Origin: Mobula hypostoma
Lineage: Eukaryota
Assembly: GCF_963921235.1 (NCBI RefSeq)
Contig: NC_086109.1
Span: 9,302,001-9,366,000, forward strand
Reading direction: 5' to 3'
Length of the DNA stretch: 64,000 bases
The position numbers and the translations under genes are program-made. Each line of letters opens with the position of its first letter. Position 1 is the stretch's first letter. Shown here piece after piece: positions 12,355 through 24,251 of the stretch. The notes under the pieces were generated by a model. That model saw nothing but the letters and a program-made list of their open reading frames with translations, made no database searches and had not been told where the DNA came from.

Positions 12355-12486
12355 ACACGAGGAAATCTGCAGATGCTGGAATTTCAAGCAACACACATCA
12401 AAGTTGCTGCTGAACACAGCAGGCCAGGCAGCACCTCTAGGAAGCGGTACAGTCGACGTTTCGGGCCGAGACCCTTCGTCAGGACT
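12355..12486 (-). mobile_element. Young short Penelope-like terminal-repeat unit
   Basis: Near-identical to 45519-45651 and to the 3' end of 19305-19811; inserted tail-to-tail in an older plus-strand copy starting about 12240. Confidence 0.85.
12451..12486 (-). ncRNA. Minimal type-I hammerhead ribozyme motif (intact core)
   Basis: Minus strand AGTC-CTGACGA-A-GGG-TCTCGG-CCC-GAAAC-GTC-GACT: stem I AGUC/GACU, CUGAnGA and GAAA boxes, stem II GGG/CCC, loopless palindromic stem III ACGU, GUC cleavage triplet. Confidence 0.8.
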
Positions 12487-13081
12487 CTTGCCTTTATAAT
12501 CTGCTGACCTTACCTGGTCTGGCCAATATACAGACCCACCAATATAGTTGAAATGAATGTAATAGTTGAAATGGGCCTGTTCTTGATGGAGTTTAGAAGG
12601 AGGAGGGGGTAACTCATTGAAGCCCACTGGATACTCCATCTGCAGACTTTCTCTTGTTTGTGATTGGATGCTGAAAGGCCGGGATAGAGTGGATGTGGAG
12701 AGAATGTTTTCATTAGCAGAGGATTCCAGGGCTCTTTTGGGTTTCTTTGTTTTGTGGCTGCCTGTAAGGAGACAAATCTCATGGTTGTATAACGTACTTT
12801 GATAACGAATGTACTTTGAACTTTGACCACACCTTGACTGACAAGGGCTCAAGGGTTTCAGGAAGTTTCTGCTCCATCATTCAATCATGGCTGATATTCT
12901 TCCCCTCTCAAGTTCTTTCTCCTTCCTTCTCCCTGAAACCCTTAATGTCCCAGGAATGAGAGGGTTAATGTGTCTGGGCCTGTACTCACTGGAGTTTAGA
13001 AGAATGAGGAACGAGCGCATTGAAACCTATTCAATATTGCAAAGTCTAGATAAAGTGGGTGGAGAGAGAACGTTAAAAGGC

Positions 13082-13700
13082 GGGAGGAGAAGATGGCAGT
13101 GCGCCGCGCACGCGCAGCTCTCCAGTGAAAATGATATCGTATCCGTTAAATAGGGGCCGTGGACAATTCTGATTTGATGGAGACAGATGTGAAAGCACAG
13201 AGGAACATCTGGAGAAATTTCTGAAACACCGGTTCACTGCCGCTGTTACTGGGCGATCGAGAATCTTCTGGAGGGAAGGCCCCAAAATCCCTGGCTTTGC
13301 CTGCTGCTGTCGTCCGAGGTTGAGGTCGAATTGTTTGGATAGAGATGGTGCTCGGTACTCGGTGTCGGAGAGCTGATCGGAGGCTCGAAGTTTTTGGACA
13401 ACTCAGAGTTGGACTGTGGTCGGGCATGGCAGGGAGAGTTTTCCTCCTTCTCCCGTCTGCGTGAGATGTGGGACATTTGCGAGACTTTGAACTTTTTACT
13501 GTGCCATGGCCTGTTCTTCATCAAGTTGTGGTATTGTTGCACTGTTGTAACTATGTTATAATTATGTGGTTTTTGTTAGTTTTTTCAATCTTGGTCTGTC
13601 CTGTGCTTTGTGATATCACACCGGAGGAATATTGTAACATTTCTTAATGCATGCATTACTAAATGACAATAAAAGAGGACTGCGTGTCCTCATAATCTAA
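13082..13700 (+). mobile_element. Family A, copy 2 (inserted in a CR1 spanning about 12945-13910)
   Basis: Same ends as copy 1; the CR1 sequence resumes on both sides (..gagagaacgtt / aatgtttcc..). Confidence 0.85.
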
Positions 13701-14608
13701 TGTTTCCAAATGTGGAGTGAGGGGAGTCTAGGACCAGAGGGCACAGCCTCAGAATAGAGGGATGTCCATTTAGAACAGAGATCAGGAGGAATTTCTTTAG
13801 CCAGGGGGTGGTGAATCAATGGATTTCATTGCCACAGGCAGCTGTGGAGGACAAATCATTGAGCAGATTTAAAGTGAGGTCGATAGATTCTTGATTAGTA
13901 AGAGCATCAAAGAGTACGAGGAGACCACCAGCATCTTGTGAGTGTTGCACAAGATTTCCAGCTGCTGCAGAACCTCTGTGTTTATGATTTGCTGCTCTCT
14001 CTCTCAGTAGATTATGCATTTTATTCTATATTGTTGTTGTTTTACTTTGTTCTATCTCAGGGCACTGTGTAACGCTTTGATCTGTATTATAGTGTGTGTT
14101 CGTCCCACTCCCATCAGAGAGGCTACGTAACATCCGCACCAGAACCAACAGGCTCAAAAAAAAGTTACTATCCACAAGAAGTAAGGTTGATCAACACCTC
14201 CACTTGTTAACCCCCCCACCCCTCTGTTTCCTTTACCACATTTTAACCCCATACCTGCTCACTACTGGTATCTCCTAACACTGCACATAATCTTCTATAC
14301 TCAACCCTCTCCTAAACCCTTTCCAAAGTCAAAGTCAAAGTAAATTTATTATCAAAGTATGCATATGTTACCATATGGATAGGAGTCTGTAGATGCTAGA
14401 AATCCAGATTAACACATAAAATGCTGGAGGAACTCTCAGCAGGTCAGGCAGCATCTGTGGAAAGGAATAAACAGTTGATGTTTCGGGCTGAGACCCTTCA
14501 TCTGGACTATATACTATATAGTCCCTTGAGATTCAATTTCTTGCAACCATTTACAGGAAGTATAGAAATAAAATAGAATTTATGAACAAAAACTATTCAT
14601 AAACAAAG

Positions 14609-14895
14609 TGGCGCGTGGCCAAGTGGTTAGGGCGTTGGACTAGAGATCTGAAGGTTGTGGGTTTGAGCCTTGGCCAGGGCAGCATGTGTGTCCTTGAGCA
14701 AGGCACTTAACCACACAATGCTCCAGTCCACGCAACTGAGAATGGGTACCAGCAAAAATGCTGGGGGGTTAACCTCGCGATAGACTGGCGTCCTATCGGG
14801 GGGGGGGGGGGGAGTCTCGTACTCTCAGTCGCTTCACGCCACGGAAACCGGCATAAGCACCGGCCTGATGGGCCACAAGGCTCATGACAGACTTT
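14609..14895 (+). mobile_element. tRNA-derived SINE with CORE-like central domain
   Basis: A box TGGCCAAGTGG, B-box-like GGTTTGAGCC, core tgtgtccttgagcaaggcactt; 15-bp TSD TATTCAT(A/C)AACAAAG at 14594-14608 and 14896-14910. Confidence 0.8.
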
Positions 14896-16339
14896 TATTC
14901 ATCAACAAAGACTGACAAACAACCAATATTCAAGAGAAGACAATTTGTACAAATAAAAAATAAATAATACTGAGAACAGGAACTGGTAGGATAGCAGTTA
15001 GTGTGACACTATTACAGCCTGGGGCACCAGAGTTCGGAGTTCAATTCCAGCGTCCTCTGTAAGAGAGTCTTTACGTTCTTCCCGTGTGTACGGTTTCCTC
15101 CCACAGTCCAAAGGCACACCAGTTCGTTAGGTTAATTGGTCATTGTAAATTGTCCTGTGATTAGCCGAGGGTTAAGCACTGTAGTTGGGTTGCTGAATGT
15201 TGCAGCTCGTTAGGCCATGAAGTCTTGTTCCATCCTTGCTTTGCTCTGTTCTGTCCTAACACCAGTTGCAGACTCCTTGAAGGTAAGTTGGTAGATTGTG
15301 GAACCAGTTCGGAGTCGAGGTGAGTGAAGTTATCCTCATCAGTTCAGGAGCTTGATGGTGGTAGGGTAATGACTGTTTCTGAACCTGATGGTGTTGGACC
15401 TAAGACTCCTGCATCTTCTGTCCTGGTGGTAGCAGCAAGAAGAGAGCGTGGTCTGGATGGTGAGGTCCATGATGGTGCATGCTGCTTTCTTTGACAGCCC
15501 TCCTTGTAGATGAGCTTAGTGGTGGGGAGGGTGTTGCCTGTGATGGATGGGGCTGTAACCACCACTTTCTGTAGATCTTCCCATTCCTGGGTACTGGTGT
15601 TTCCATACCAGGCCATATTGCAGTGAGTCAGGATACTCTCCGCTGTGCGTCCATCAAAGGTGGTCTAAATTTTAGGTGGCATGCCGAAACAATGCAAACT
15701 TCTAAGATTATGATCGGTAAGATTAAGATCAGTAAGATTTTTCCCTCAGCTTTTACTGAAGACCAAACTTGGCCAGGCAACAGAAAAAGTTCAGAAGCTA
15801 AATCACATGGTTATAAATGAATTCATTCAGTCCCAAAGTCAGAAATCAGTTCCAGCTGCAGTCTTCCATGCAACACAAATAAGAGTTCTAAATTTTTTAA
15901 CCTTAAAATGCAGCTTCAAATATTTTCTTTCAGTCCTGTTTTGACAGCTCAACTTTTACTCACCCACTTAAAAGTTTTCCTCATTGACAAGGACAAAACG
16001 AATTGCTCAACCACAGGCACACAGGTGGGGGGAGGGCGGATTGTTGCTTGCTGCCACTTACAAGGGAGGGGAGCAGGGTGGGACTTTGGGGTTCTAACAT
16101 TTAACTGTCCATTCTTTGGGGCACTCCTCTGTTTTCGTGGATGGTTGCGAAGAAAAAGCATTTCAGGGTGTATATTGTATACATTTCTCTGACATTAAAT
16201 TGGACCTTTGACCCTCTGAACACAGGAGCAGGAGTCTATCACCAGGCCCCTCAAGCCTGCCCCACCATTCAATTTGATCCTAGTTAGTCCATGCTGGCCT
16301 CAAATCCTGTTCTAGTTCCCAATTATACCCAATTTTTGT

Positions 16340-16993
16340 TTAGATTATGAGGACACCCAGTCTTCGTTTATTGTCGTTTTGAAATGCATGCTTTAAAAAA
16401 TGATACCATGTTCCTCCAGTATGATATCACAAGAAAACACAGGACAAACCAAGACTAAAACTGACAAAACCACGTAATTATAACATATAGTTACAACAGT
16501 GCAAAACAATACCATAATTTGATAAACAACAGACCATGTAATAAGAAGTCTTAAAGTCCCGATAGACTCATCATCCCACACAGGTGGCAGAAGGGAGGAA
16601 CTCTCCCTGCCATGAACCTCCAAGCGCCGCCAACTTGCCGATGCAGCACCATTGGAAGCACCCGACCGCAGCGGACTCTGAGTCCGTCTGAAAACTTCGA
16701 GCCTCCGACAGCCCCTCCGACACAGCCTCTCCGAGCACCATCCTCTGCCGAGCGCTTCGACCCCGCCCCGGCCGCCGAGCAACAAGCAAAGCCGAGGACT
16801 CGGGGCCTTCTCCTCTGGAGATTCTGGACCACACAGTAGCAGCAGCAGCGAAGCAGGCATTTCAGAAGTTTCACCAGATGTTCCTCTGTCCGTCTCCATC
16901 AAATCAGGATTGTGCACGGCACCCTACTTGACAAATAACAGACATCACCACCGGAGTGGTCGCTGCGAGCTGCGTCGCGCCACCATATTCCTC
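16340..16993 (-). mobile_element. Family A, copy 3
   Basis: Reverse-complement match to copy 1, including both ends. Confidence 0.85.
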
Positions 16994-17375
16994 AATCCTT
17001 CAAATACTTCTCTATTTTACAAGATCTGTATTATTTTTCACACATTGAACCATACAGTGAAATGTGTGTTTGTGCTGTTGCATTTTTTTGTGATGTGCTG
17101 GGAGGTTGGGGGGGGGCAGCCCGCCGGTGCCCCCACATTTCTGGCTCCAACACAGCGTGCCAATGTTGAATCTCTGTTTAATTTCTGATCCTTTGGGTTC
17201 TTCCGGCGTCAAAACTCGCAAGCAGTCTTAATTCCAGTTTATTTTAGAGTACAAACAAACAAACAAACACTAAGCAAACTAAAGAATGAGCTGAGAAACG
17301 ATGCTAAGGATGCGAAGACAAAGGAATAAAGATGGCACCTCTGAAAAATCTATCACTTTTATGATTAGATAAAAA

Positions 17376-17880
17376 CAGACATCCCACCCTGCAAAAACTC
17401 ATTTCAGGGAAGTAGCACCATCAATTTGCGGGAGACTCCCGGAACTTCCGGGAGAGGTGGGATACTGCAATAGAGTAGCTCCTGAGCAGCTCGCCAGCTA
17501 GTTTAAATAACGTTAGCTATGCTAATGAACGAATGACACCTGTTAAACTCACCTCAACATGTCTTTTACAGTCTTAACCCACCATGGGCAATAGAAAAGT
17601 CTCTGTTGCAAACAGTGCAGCGAGCAACACTGTCATTATTTTTGACCCCTATTAGGCAGGGGTACACTTTAGTGTAGTCTGGGGTGGCGTACGTTTTATA
17701 TTTTCTTTTTTATTGGAACACTGCCATGGTGCGCTGTCTCTCTCTCTCTCTTGCTTTCTCTCGCTCACTCACTCTCAAAAAAATTGATTTCCGTGATATT
17801 GTATATAATTTGCAGGCATCAGGGAGCCACTATTCATATGCGGGAGACTCCCGGAACTTCCGGGAGAGGTGGGATGTCTG
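17376..17880. mobile_element. 505-bp MITE (hAT/Tip100-like termini, superfamily uncertain)
   Basis: Perfect 13-bp TIR CAGACATCCCACC / GGTGGGATGTCTG; no clean 8-bp TSD (TAAAAA/TAAAGA). Confidence 0.8.
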
Positions 17881-19304
17881 TAAAGAACATTCCTGAGATG
17901 GAAATAAACTAGTTAATAGGCTGCATAATTACAACAATGACATCATGTAGGTAATGTGCTAGTACATAGCCAATGAAAAATGAGAAAGGGGGATAAACCG
18001 TTAGTTTAGCTGCTATACCGTTTTCTGCCGGTGAATGGGGACGAACCAGCACGTACTGTGAAATATACATGAGTTTGCTAAAAAGTACAAAACTTGTAAA
18101 AAAGTATTGTTAAAATCACAGTGGTTTCCAACACCAACAATTCACTAACCCTAACTCGTACGTCTTTGGAATGTGGAAGGAAATTGGAGCACCTGGAGAA
18201 AACTCTTGTGGCCACGGGGAGAATGTATAAACTATTGGGTCAGTACAAAGGAGATGTCCAGGTTAAGTTATTTTTTTTACACCAAGAGTGGTGGATGCCT
18301 TGAATGTGCTGTCAGAGGAGGTAGTGGAGGGACACAGGACAGGAGCAATTAAGAGACTGTGCGATAGGCACATGAATGAATTTTTGTGAAGAGAATGGAG
18401 GGATATGGACACAAGAAAGTCTATAGATGCTGGAAATTCAGAGCAGTTCAGGCAGCATCGATGGAGAAGAATCAACAGCTGATGTTTTGGGTCAAAATGT
18501 CGACTATTTATTCTGCCTGACCCGCTGAGTTCCTCTGGCATTTTAAGTGTGTTGGGAGGGATATGCACATTGTGTAGGCAGAAAGGATTATTTCAGTCTG
18601 GTGCTCAATCACCAACTTGATTAATTCAGAACAACATTTTGGGCCTGGGCCGCACTGTTCTATGTGTGATGTTAAATATGTCCACCACCCTGGGGCAGAG
18701 AAATCCAGAGATTCTACCCTGAGAGAAACCCTGAGATTTATGGCCTTTATCACTTTTAAACGATCAGCCCCTTTGGAACTGTGTCCCCTTGTTCATGAGT
18801 CTTGATTGCCCCTGTATTTGCCTTTGGACTGCATGGCTTGATGGGGCATAAAATCTATTTATTTATTTATTTTATGTAGAGATACAACACAGCAACAGGC
18901 TGTTCCAGCTGAATCACACCCATGTGACCAATGTCTCGGGACTGGAGTTTGGGGTCCTGTTATTGGCCAGTCCTGGGGCTGATCAAAAAGCCTGAATGTT
19001 ATAGATGAAAGTCAGCAAGTCTGGAAATTACGGCCCGATGACACATTTCACTCTATGTTTTGATGTACATGCGACAAATAAACGAACCTGAATCTTAATC
19101 TGAGTTCAGTCAGACATCAACTGCAATCCCACTCCATGAAGTCTATTCCACATTGACCTGGCAGGAACTTCAGTGTATCCCATCAAAGAAGAGGGTACAG
19201 GAGCCTAAAGACCCACATTCAAAGTTTCAGGAACAACTTCTTCCCCTCTGCCATCAGTTTTCTGAACTGTCTACAAACCAATGAATACTACATCACTTCC
19301 TGCA

Positions 19305-19811
19305 GGTTGGAGGAACACCACCTTATATTCCGTATGGGTAGCCTCCAACCTGATGGCATGAACATTGACTTCTCTAACTTCCGCTAGGCCCCACCTCCCC
19401 CTCGTACCCCATCTGTTACTCATTTTTATGCACACATTCTTTCTCTCACTCTCCTTTTTCTCCCTCTGTCCCTCTGAATATACCTCTTGCCCATCCTCTG
19501 GGTCACCCCCCCCGTCTTTCTTCCCGGACCTCCTGTCCCATGATCCTCTTGTATCCCCTTTTTGCCTATCACCTGTCCAGCTCTCGGCTCTATCCCTCCC
19601 CCTCCTGTCTTCTCCTATCATTTTGCATCTCCCCCTCCCCCTCCAGCTTTCAAATCCCTTACTCACTCTTCCTTCAGTTAGTCCTGACGAAGGGTCTCGG
19701 CCTGAAACGTCGACTGCACCTCTTCCTATAGATGCTGCTTGGCCTGCTGCGTTCACCAGCAACTTTGATGTGTGTTGCTTGAATTTCCAGCATCTGCAGA
19801 ATTCCTGTTGT
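19305..19811 (+). mobile_element. Young 5'-truncated Penelope-like element
   Basis: ORF end RLEEHHLIFRMGSLQPDGMNIDFSNFR*, pyrimidine-rich UTR, hammerhead, tail; 8-bp TSD TTCCTGCA at 19297-19304 and 19812-19819. Confidence 0.85.
19680..19715 (+). ncRNA. Minimal type-I hammerhead ribozyme motif
   Basis: AGTC-CTGACGA-AGGGTCTCGGCCT-GAAAC-GTC-GACT; predicted cleavage after C19711. Confidence 0.78.
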
Positions 19812-20714
19812 TTCCTGCACTATTTATCTATTTTTTATATTTTGCATTGTAAGTGGAAATTGTTGTACTTTAAAATTTATTGCACTGTACTGCTGTTGCA
19901 AAACAACAAATTTCACAACATGTCATTGATAATAAACCTGGTATTTATTCTGCCAATCGTAGCTCGACATACCCTGAAAGGTGAAGCCCGTTTCTTCATT
20001 GGCAGTGCTCAGACCCTTCAAGGTTTGCTATTTCAGTAAAGTATTTCAACACCATATTCTACCTGTTATGTATTCTTTTAGCTTTGTTTGCATCTGTGGT
20101 AGCTCTGCTGACAATTCAGCAAACCTTCGGTCCAACCAGGGTTGGGTGGAGATCATGGAGGCAAGCCGAATAGATGTGCTGGCTGGAATTATGACTGGGT
20201 AATGCCTGGGACCGTTGCAGGAGAGCAGTAATCTTTTGATTGGATACTTTGTGATAGGCTGGGCGACACAAAACCAACAAGGTGGAATGTTGTTGGTACT
20301 TGGGTTTGTGTTATTTAGAAGAGAGAGTAATGTAGAGTTAGAATAAAGAAACTGCAGTCTAGTACATGCCTTGAAACAGAAAACCCATGTCCCACCTGTC
20401 TCACCACCTGGGACGTGTCCTCTCTTAATTACACCCAAGTCCAAGAACCTGAAGACTCACACCCAACAGAGATGAAGAGGAATTTCCTTAGCCAGAGAGA
20501 GGTGAATTTGTGGAATTTGTTGCCGCAGACAGCTGTGGAGGCCAAGTCATTGGGTGTATTTACAGTGGAGGTTGACTAGTGTGGGCAGCAAAGGTTCTGG
20601 GAAGAAGGCAGGAGAATGGGGTTAAGACGGAAAATAAATCAGCCGTAATAAAATGCCAGAGCAGACTCAATGGGCTGAATGGCCTAATTTTGCTTGTCTA
20701 TTTTATGGTCTTTT

Positions 20715-21343
20715 TTAGATTATGAGGACACTCTGTCCTCGTTTATTGTCGTTTAGAAATGCATGCATGCATTAAGAAATGATAAGAAATTAAGAAAATC
20801 CAGAGTGATATCACAAAAAGAAGGACAAACCAAAGACTAACACTGACAAGACCATATAATTATAACGTATAGTGACAGCAGTGCAAAGCAATATCATAAT
20901 TTGATAAAGAGCAGACCATGAGAATGGTAAAAAAAAGTCTCAAAGTTCTGATCGACTTCCGATAGTCCCCGATAGCAGGCGGCAGAAGGGAGAAACTCTC
21001 TCTGCTATGAACCTCCAGGCACCGACAACTGTTGATGCATTGGAAGCACCCGACCACAGCCGACACTGAGTCCGTCCGAAAGCTTTGAGCCTCCGACTAG
21101 CCCTTCGACACTGAGCACTGAGCACCATCTCTGCCGAGCGCTTCGACCCCGTCCCGGCTGCCAAGCAACAGGCAAAGCCGAGGATTCGGGGCCTTCCCCT
21201 CCGGAGACTCTGGACCACACAGCAACAGCAGCAGTGATAAAGACATTTCAGAAGTTTCTCCAGATGTTCCTCCATTCTCTCACGTCTGTCTCCATCAAAA
21301 CAGGATTGTGCACGGCACTCTACTTGACAGATTACAGATATCA
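20715..21343 (-). mobile_element. Family A, copy 4 (slightly 5'-truncated, inserted in a CR1 tail)
   Basis: Reverse-complement match; ATGGTCT repeated on both flanks. Confidence 0.85.
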
Positions 21344-21954
21344 TGGTCTGTATTCTCAGTGCTCCAGAAAGTTAAATTCTACGCCCAGCATCATTATGAT
21401 TATTTGCATGCCCTCTTCTCAGTACCGCATTGTGGAGGAGGTACAGGAGCAGCTTCTTCCCCTCTGCCATCCACGAACAGTCCACGAACCCATGAACACC
21501 ACCTCACCATTCCTCTTCTTTTGCACTATTTATGTTTGCAACTTATAATAATTTTACACCTTTACACTGCACGGCGGCCGTAAACAAAACAAATCTCGGG
21601 TCAAATCAGTCAGCGATAACAACCCTGATTCTGATTCTAGCTTTCTCTTGGTATGTCAACAATCTGATGAGTGTGAACGGTGCCTGTCCATCCACTATCT
21701 ACGAGGAGTTTGCATGCTCTTCCTGTGACCATGTGTTCAAGTTTCCTCCCACATTCCGAGGACACAAGGGTTCGTAGATTAATTGGTCACATGGGTGTAA
21801 TTGGGTAGGACGGGCCCGGGGTCCAATGCAAACACAGTGCAGGAAGAGGGACTAGGGAGACAGAGGAGATAGGCCTGTTGTCCAAGCTTTAAGTTATAAA
21901 TAATTCTTCTCAATTCTCATTTTCAATTGAAGTTCCAATAGACTCACTCTACTA

Positions 21955-22620
21955 GATTCTGGAGTAGTTCTGGAGGACTGGAAAATTGAACTTCACTCTT
22001 TAAGAAAGGAGGGTGGCAGAAGAAAGGAAATCATAGGCCGGTTAGCCTGACCTTAGTGATTGCGAAGGTGTTGGAGTCCATTATCGAGGATAAGGTTTCA
22101 GGGTACTTGAAAACGTATGATAAAATAGCCAAAGTCGGCATTCTTTCCGTCAGGGGAAATATGTTGGAATTCTTTGAGGAAATAACAGGCTGGTTAGATT
22201 AAAGAGAGTCAATGGATGTTGTTTATTTGGATTTTCAGAAGGCCTTTGACAAGGTGTTCAACATGAGGCTGCTTAACAAGATAAGAACCCATGGTATTAC
22301 ATGAATGGCCTAGATAGAGTGGATGTGGAGAGGATGTTTCCCATAGTGGGTGAGTCAGAACAGAGAGATATCCATTTAGGACAGGGATGAAGAGGAATTT
22401 CTTTATACAGAAGGTGGTGAATCTGCAGAATTCATTGTCACGGGTAGGTGTGGAGACAAAGTTACTGGGTGTATTTAAAGGGGAGGCTGATAGGTTTTTG
22501 ATTAGACAAGGTGTCAAAGGTTATGAAGAGAAGGCAGGAGATGCCAGGATGGAATGACAGAGCAGACTCAATGGGCTGAATGGCCTAATTCTGCTTCCAT
22601 ATCTTAGTCCTATGGTCTTA
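21955..22620 (+). mobile_element. CR1 fragments (RT N-terminal part joined to a 3' end)
   Basis: Decayed NHRPVSLT and VDVVYLDFQKAFDKV motifs, then a CR1 3' end. Confidence 0.75.
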
Positions 22621-22989
22621 TACCTCTGTACTCCCAATGCACCAGAAAGTTAAATGCTATGCTCAGCATCATAATTACTATTTGCATGCCCTTTTCTCAT
22701 TACTACATTGGGACAGAAGTATTGAAGCCCGAAGACCCACACTCAAAGATTCAGGAACAGTTCCTTCCCCTCTGCCACCAGATTTCTGAACAGTCAACGA
22801 ACCCCTCATTATTGCTCATTTTCACACTATTTATGTTTGCAATTGTATGTGTTTGCACTGTACTGCGGCCATAACACAAACAAATCTCATGTCATACGAG
22901 TCTGACAACGTACCTGATTCTGATTGTAATTCTCCCTTGGTATATCAGACTTCTGATGAGTGCACAAAGAAGAGATTTAGTGCTGGCGT

Positions 22990-23312
22990 GGGAGGAATTA
23001 GCAAGTGAAAGTCACAGTTTGAGGATAAAGGGGAAGCCTTTTAGGACCGAGATTAGGAAAAACTTCTTCACACAGAGAGTGGTGAATCTGTGGAATTCTC
23101 TGCCACAGGAAACAGTTGAGGCCGGTTCATTGGCTATATTTAAGAGGGAGTTAGATATGGCCCTTGTGTCTACGGGGATCAGGGGGTATGGAGGGAAGGC
23201 TGGGGCAGGGTTCTGAGTTGGATGATCAGCCATGATCATAATAAATGGCGGTGCAGGCTCGAAGGGCTGAATGGCCTACTCCTGCACCTATTTTCTATGT
23301 TTCTATGTTTCT
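22990..23312 (+). mobile_element. Young CR1 3' end
   Basis: Intact HSLRIKGKPFRTEIRKNFFTQRVVNLWNSLP; (TTCTATGT)n tail. Confidence 0.85.
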
Positions 23313-23575
23313 ACGAACAGTGCGTCCCTATTCACTGTCCACGCGGAGTTTGCACGTTCTCCCTGTGACCATGCCAGTTTCCTCCGAAGGGCGTCGAAGG
23401 TTAAGGGGCAGAAGGCAGGAGAATGGGGTTGAGAGGGATCATAAATCAGCCATGATGGAATGGTGGAACAGACTTGATGGGCCGAATGGCCTAATTATGC
23501 TCCTATGTCTTCTGCTTTTATGGTCCAGACCTTGCTTGTCTGTACGTAGCAAGACAGGATTCAGGGACAACTGGA

Positions 23576-24251
23576 GGGAGGAGAAGATGGCGGCGTGATG
23601 CAGTGCCTGCGGCCTCTCTGGTGAAATGATATCGTATTTGTTAAATAGGGGCCGTGCATAATCCTGATTTGATGGAGACAGACGTGAGAAGCACGGAGGA
23701 ACATCTGGAGAAACTTCTGAAATGCCCGGTTCGCTGCCGCTGCACTGTGCGATCGAGAATCTACGGAGGGGAAGGCCCCAAATCCTCGGCTTTGCCTGTT
23801 GCTGGTGGCCGGGGCTGGGGTCGAAGCGCATGGCAGAGATGGTGCTCGGTGTCGGAGGGCTGGTCGGAGGCTCGAAGTTTTCGGATGGACTGAGAGTCGG
23901 ACTATGGCCGGGTGCTTCCAGGATGCTGCATCGGCAAGTTTGCGGTGCTGGAAGCTCATGGCAGGGAGAGTTTTCTTCCTTCTACCGTCTGCGTGAGATG
24001 ATGGGACTTTTGAGAGACTTTGAGACTTTTTTTTTACCGTGCCCATGGTCTGTTCTTCATCAAATTACGGTGTTGTTTGCACTGTTGTAACTATGTGTTA
24101 TAATTATGTGGTTTTTGTCAGTTTTTCAGTCTTGGTCTGTCTTGTGTTTCTGTGATATCACACTGGAGGAACATTGCATCATTTCTTAATGCATGCATTA
24201 CTAAATGACAATAGAAGAGGACTGCGTGTCCTCACAATCTAATCTAATCTA
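23576..24251 (+). mobile_element. Family A, copy 5
   Basis: GGGAGGAGAAGATGGCGGCG start; (AATCT)3 tail. Confidence 0.85.

Noticed and set aside
12512..12640. Minus-strand exon-like segment ending CAG|GTAAGG, with LYIGQTR in one frame
   Set aside because: No polypyrimidine tract before the candidate AG, squeezed between repeats, and too little similarity to call either an exon or a GIY-YIG remnant.
14860..14890. CTGATG..GGCC..GGC in the SINE tail as another hammerhead
   Set aside because: Lacks the GA after CUGAn and has no GAAA box.
19271..20039. 224-aa and 163-aa ORFs over the Penelope-like copy
   Set aside because: They read through a pyrimidine/purine-skewed UTR and cross the TSD-defined element boundaries.
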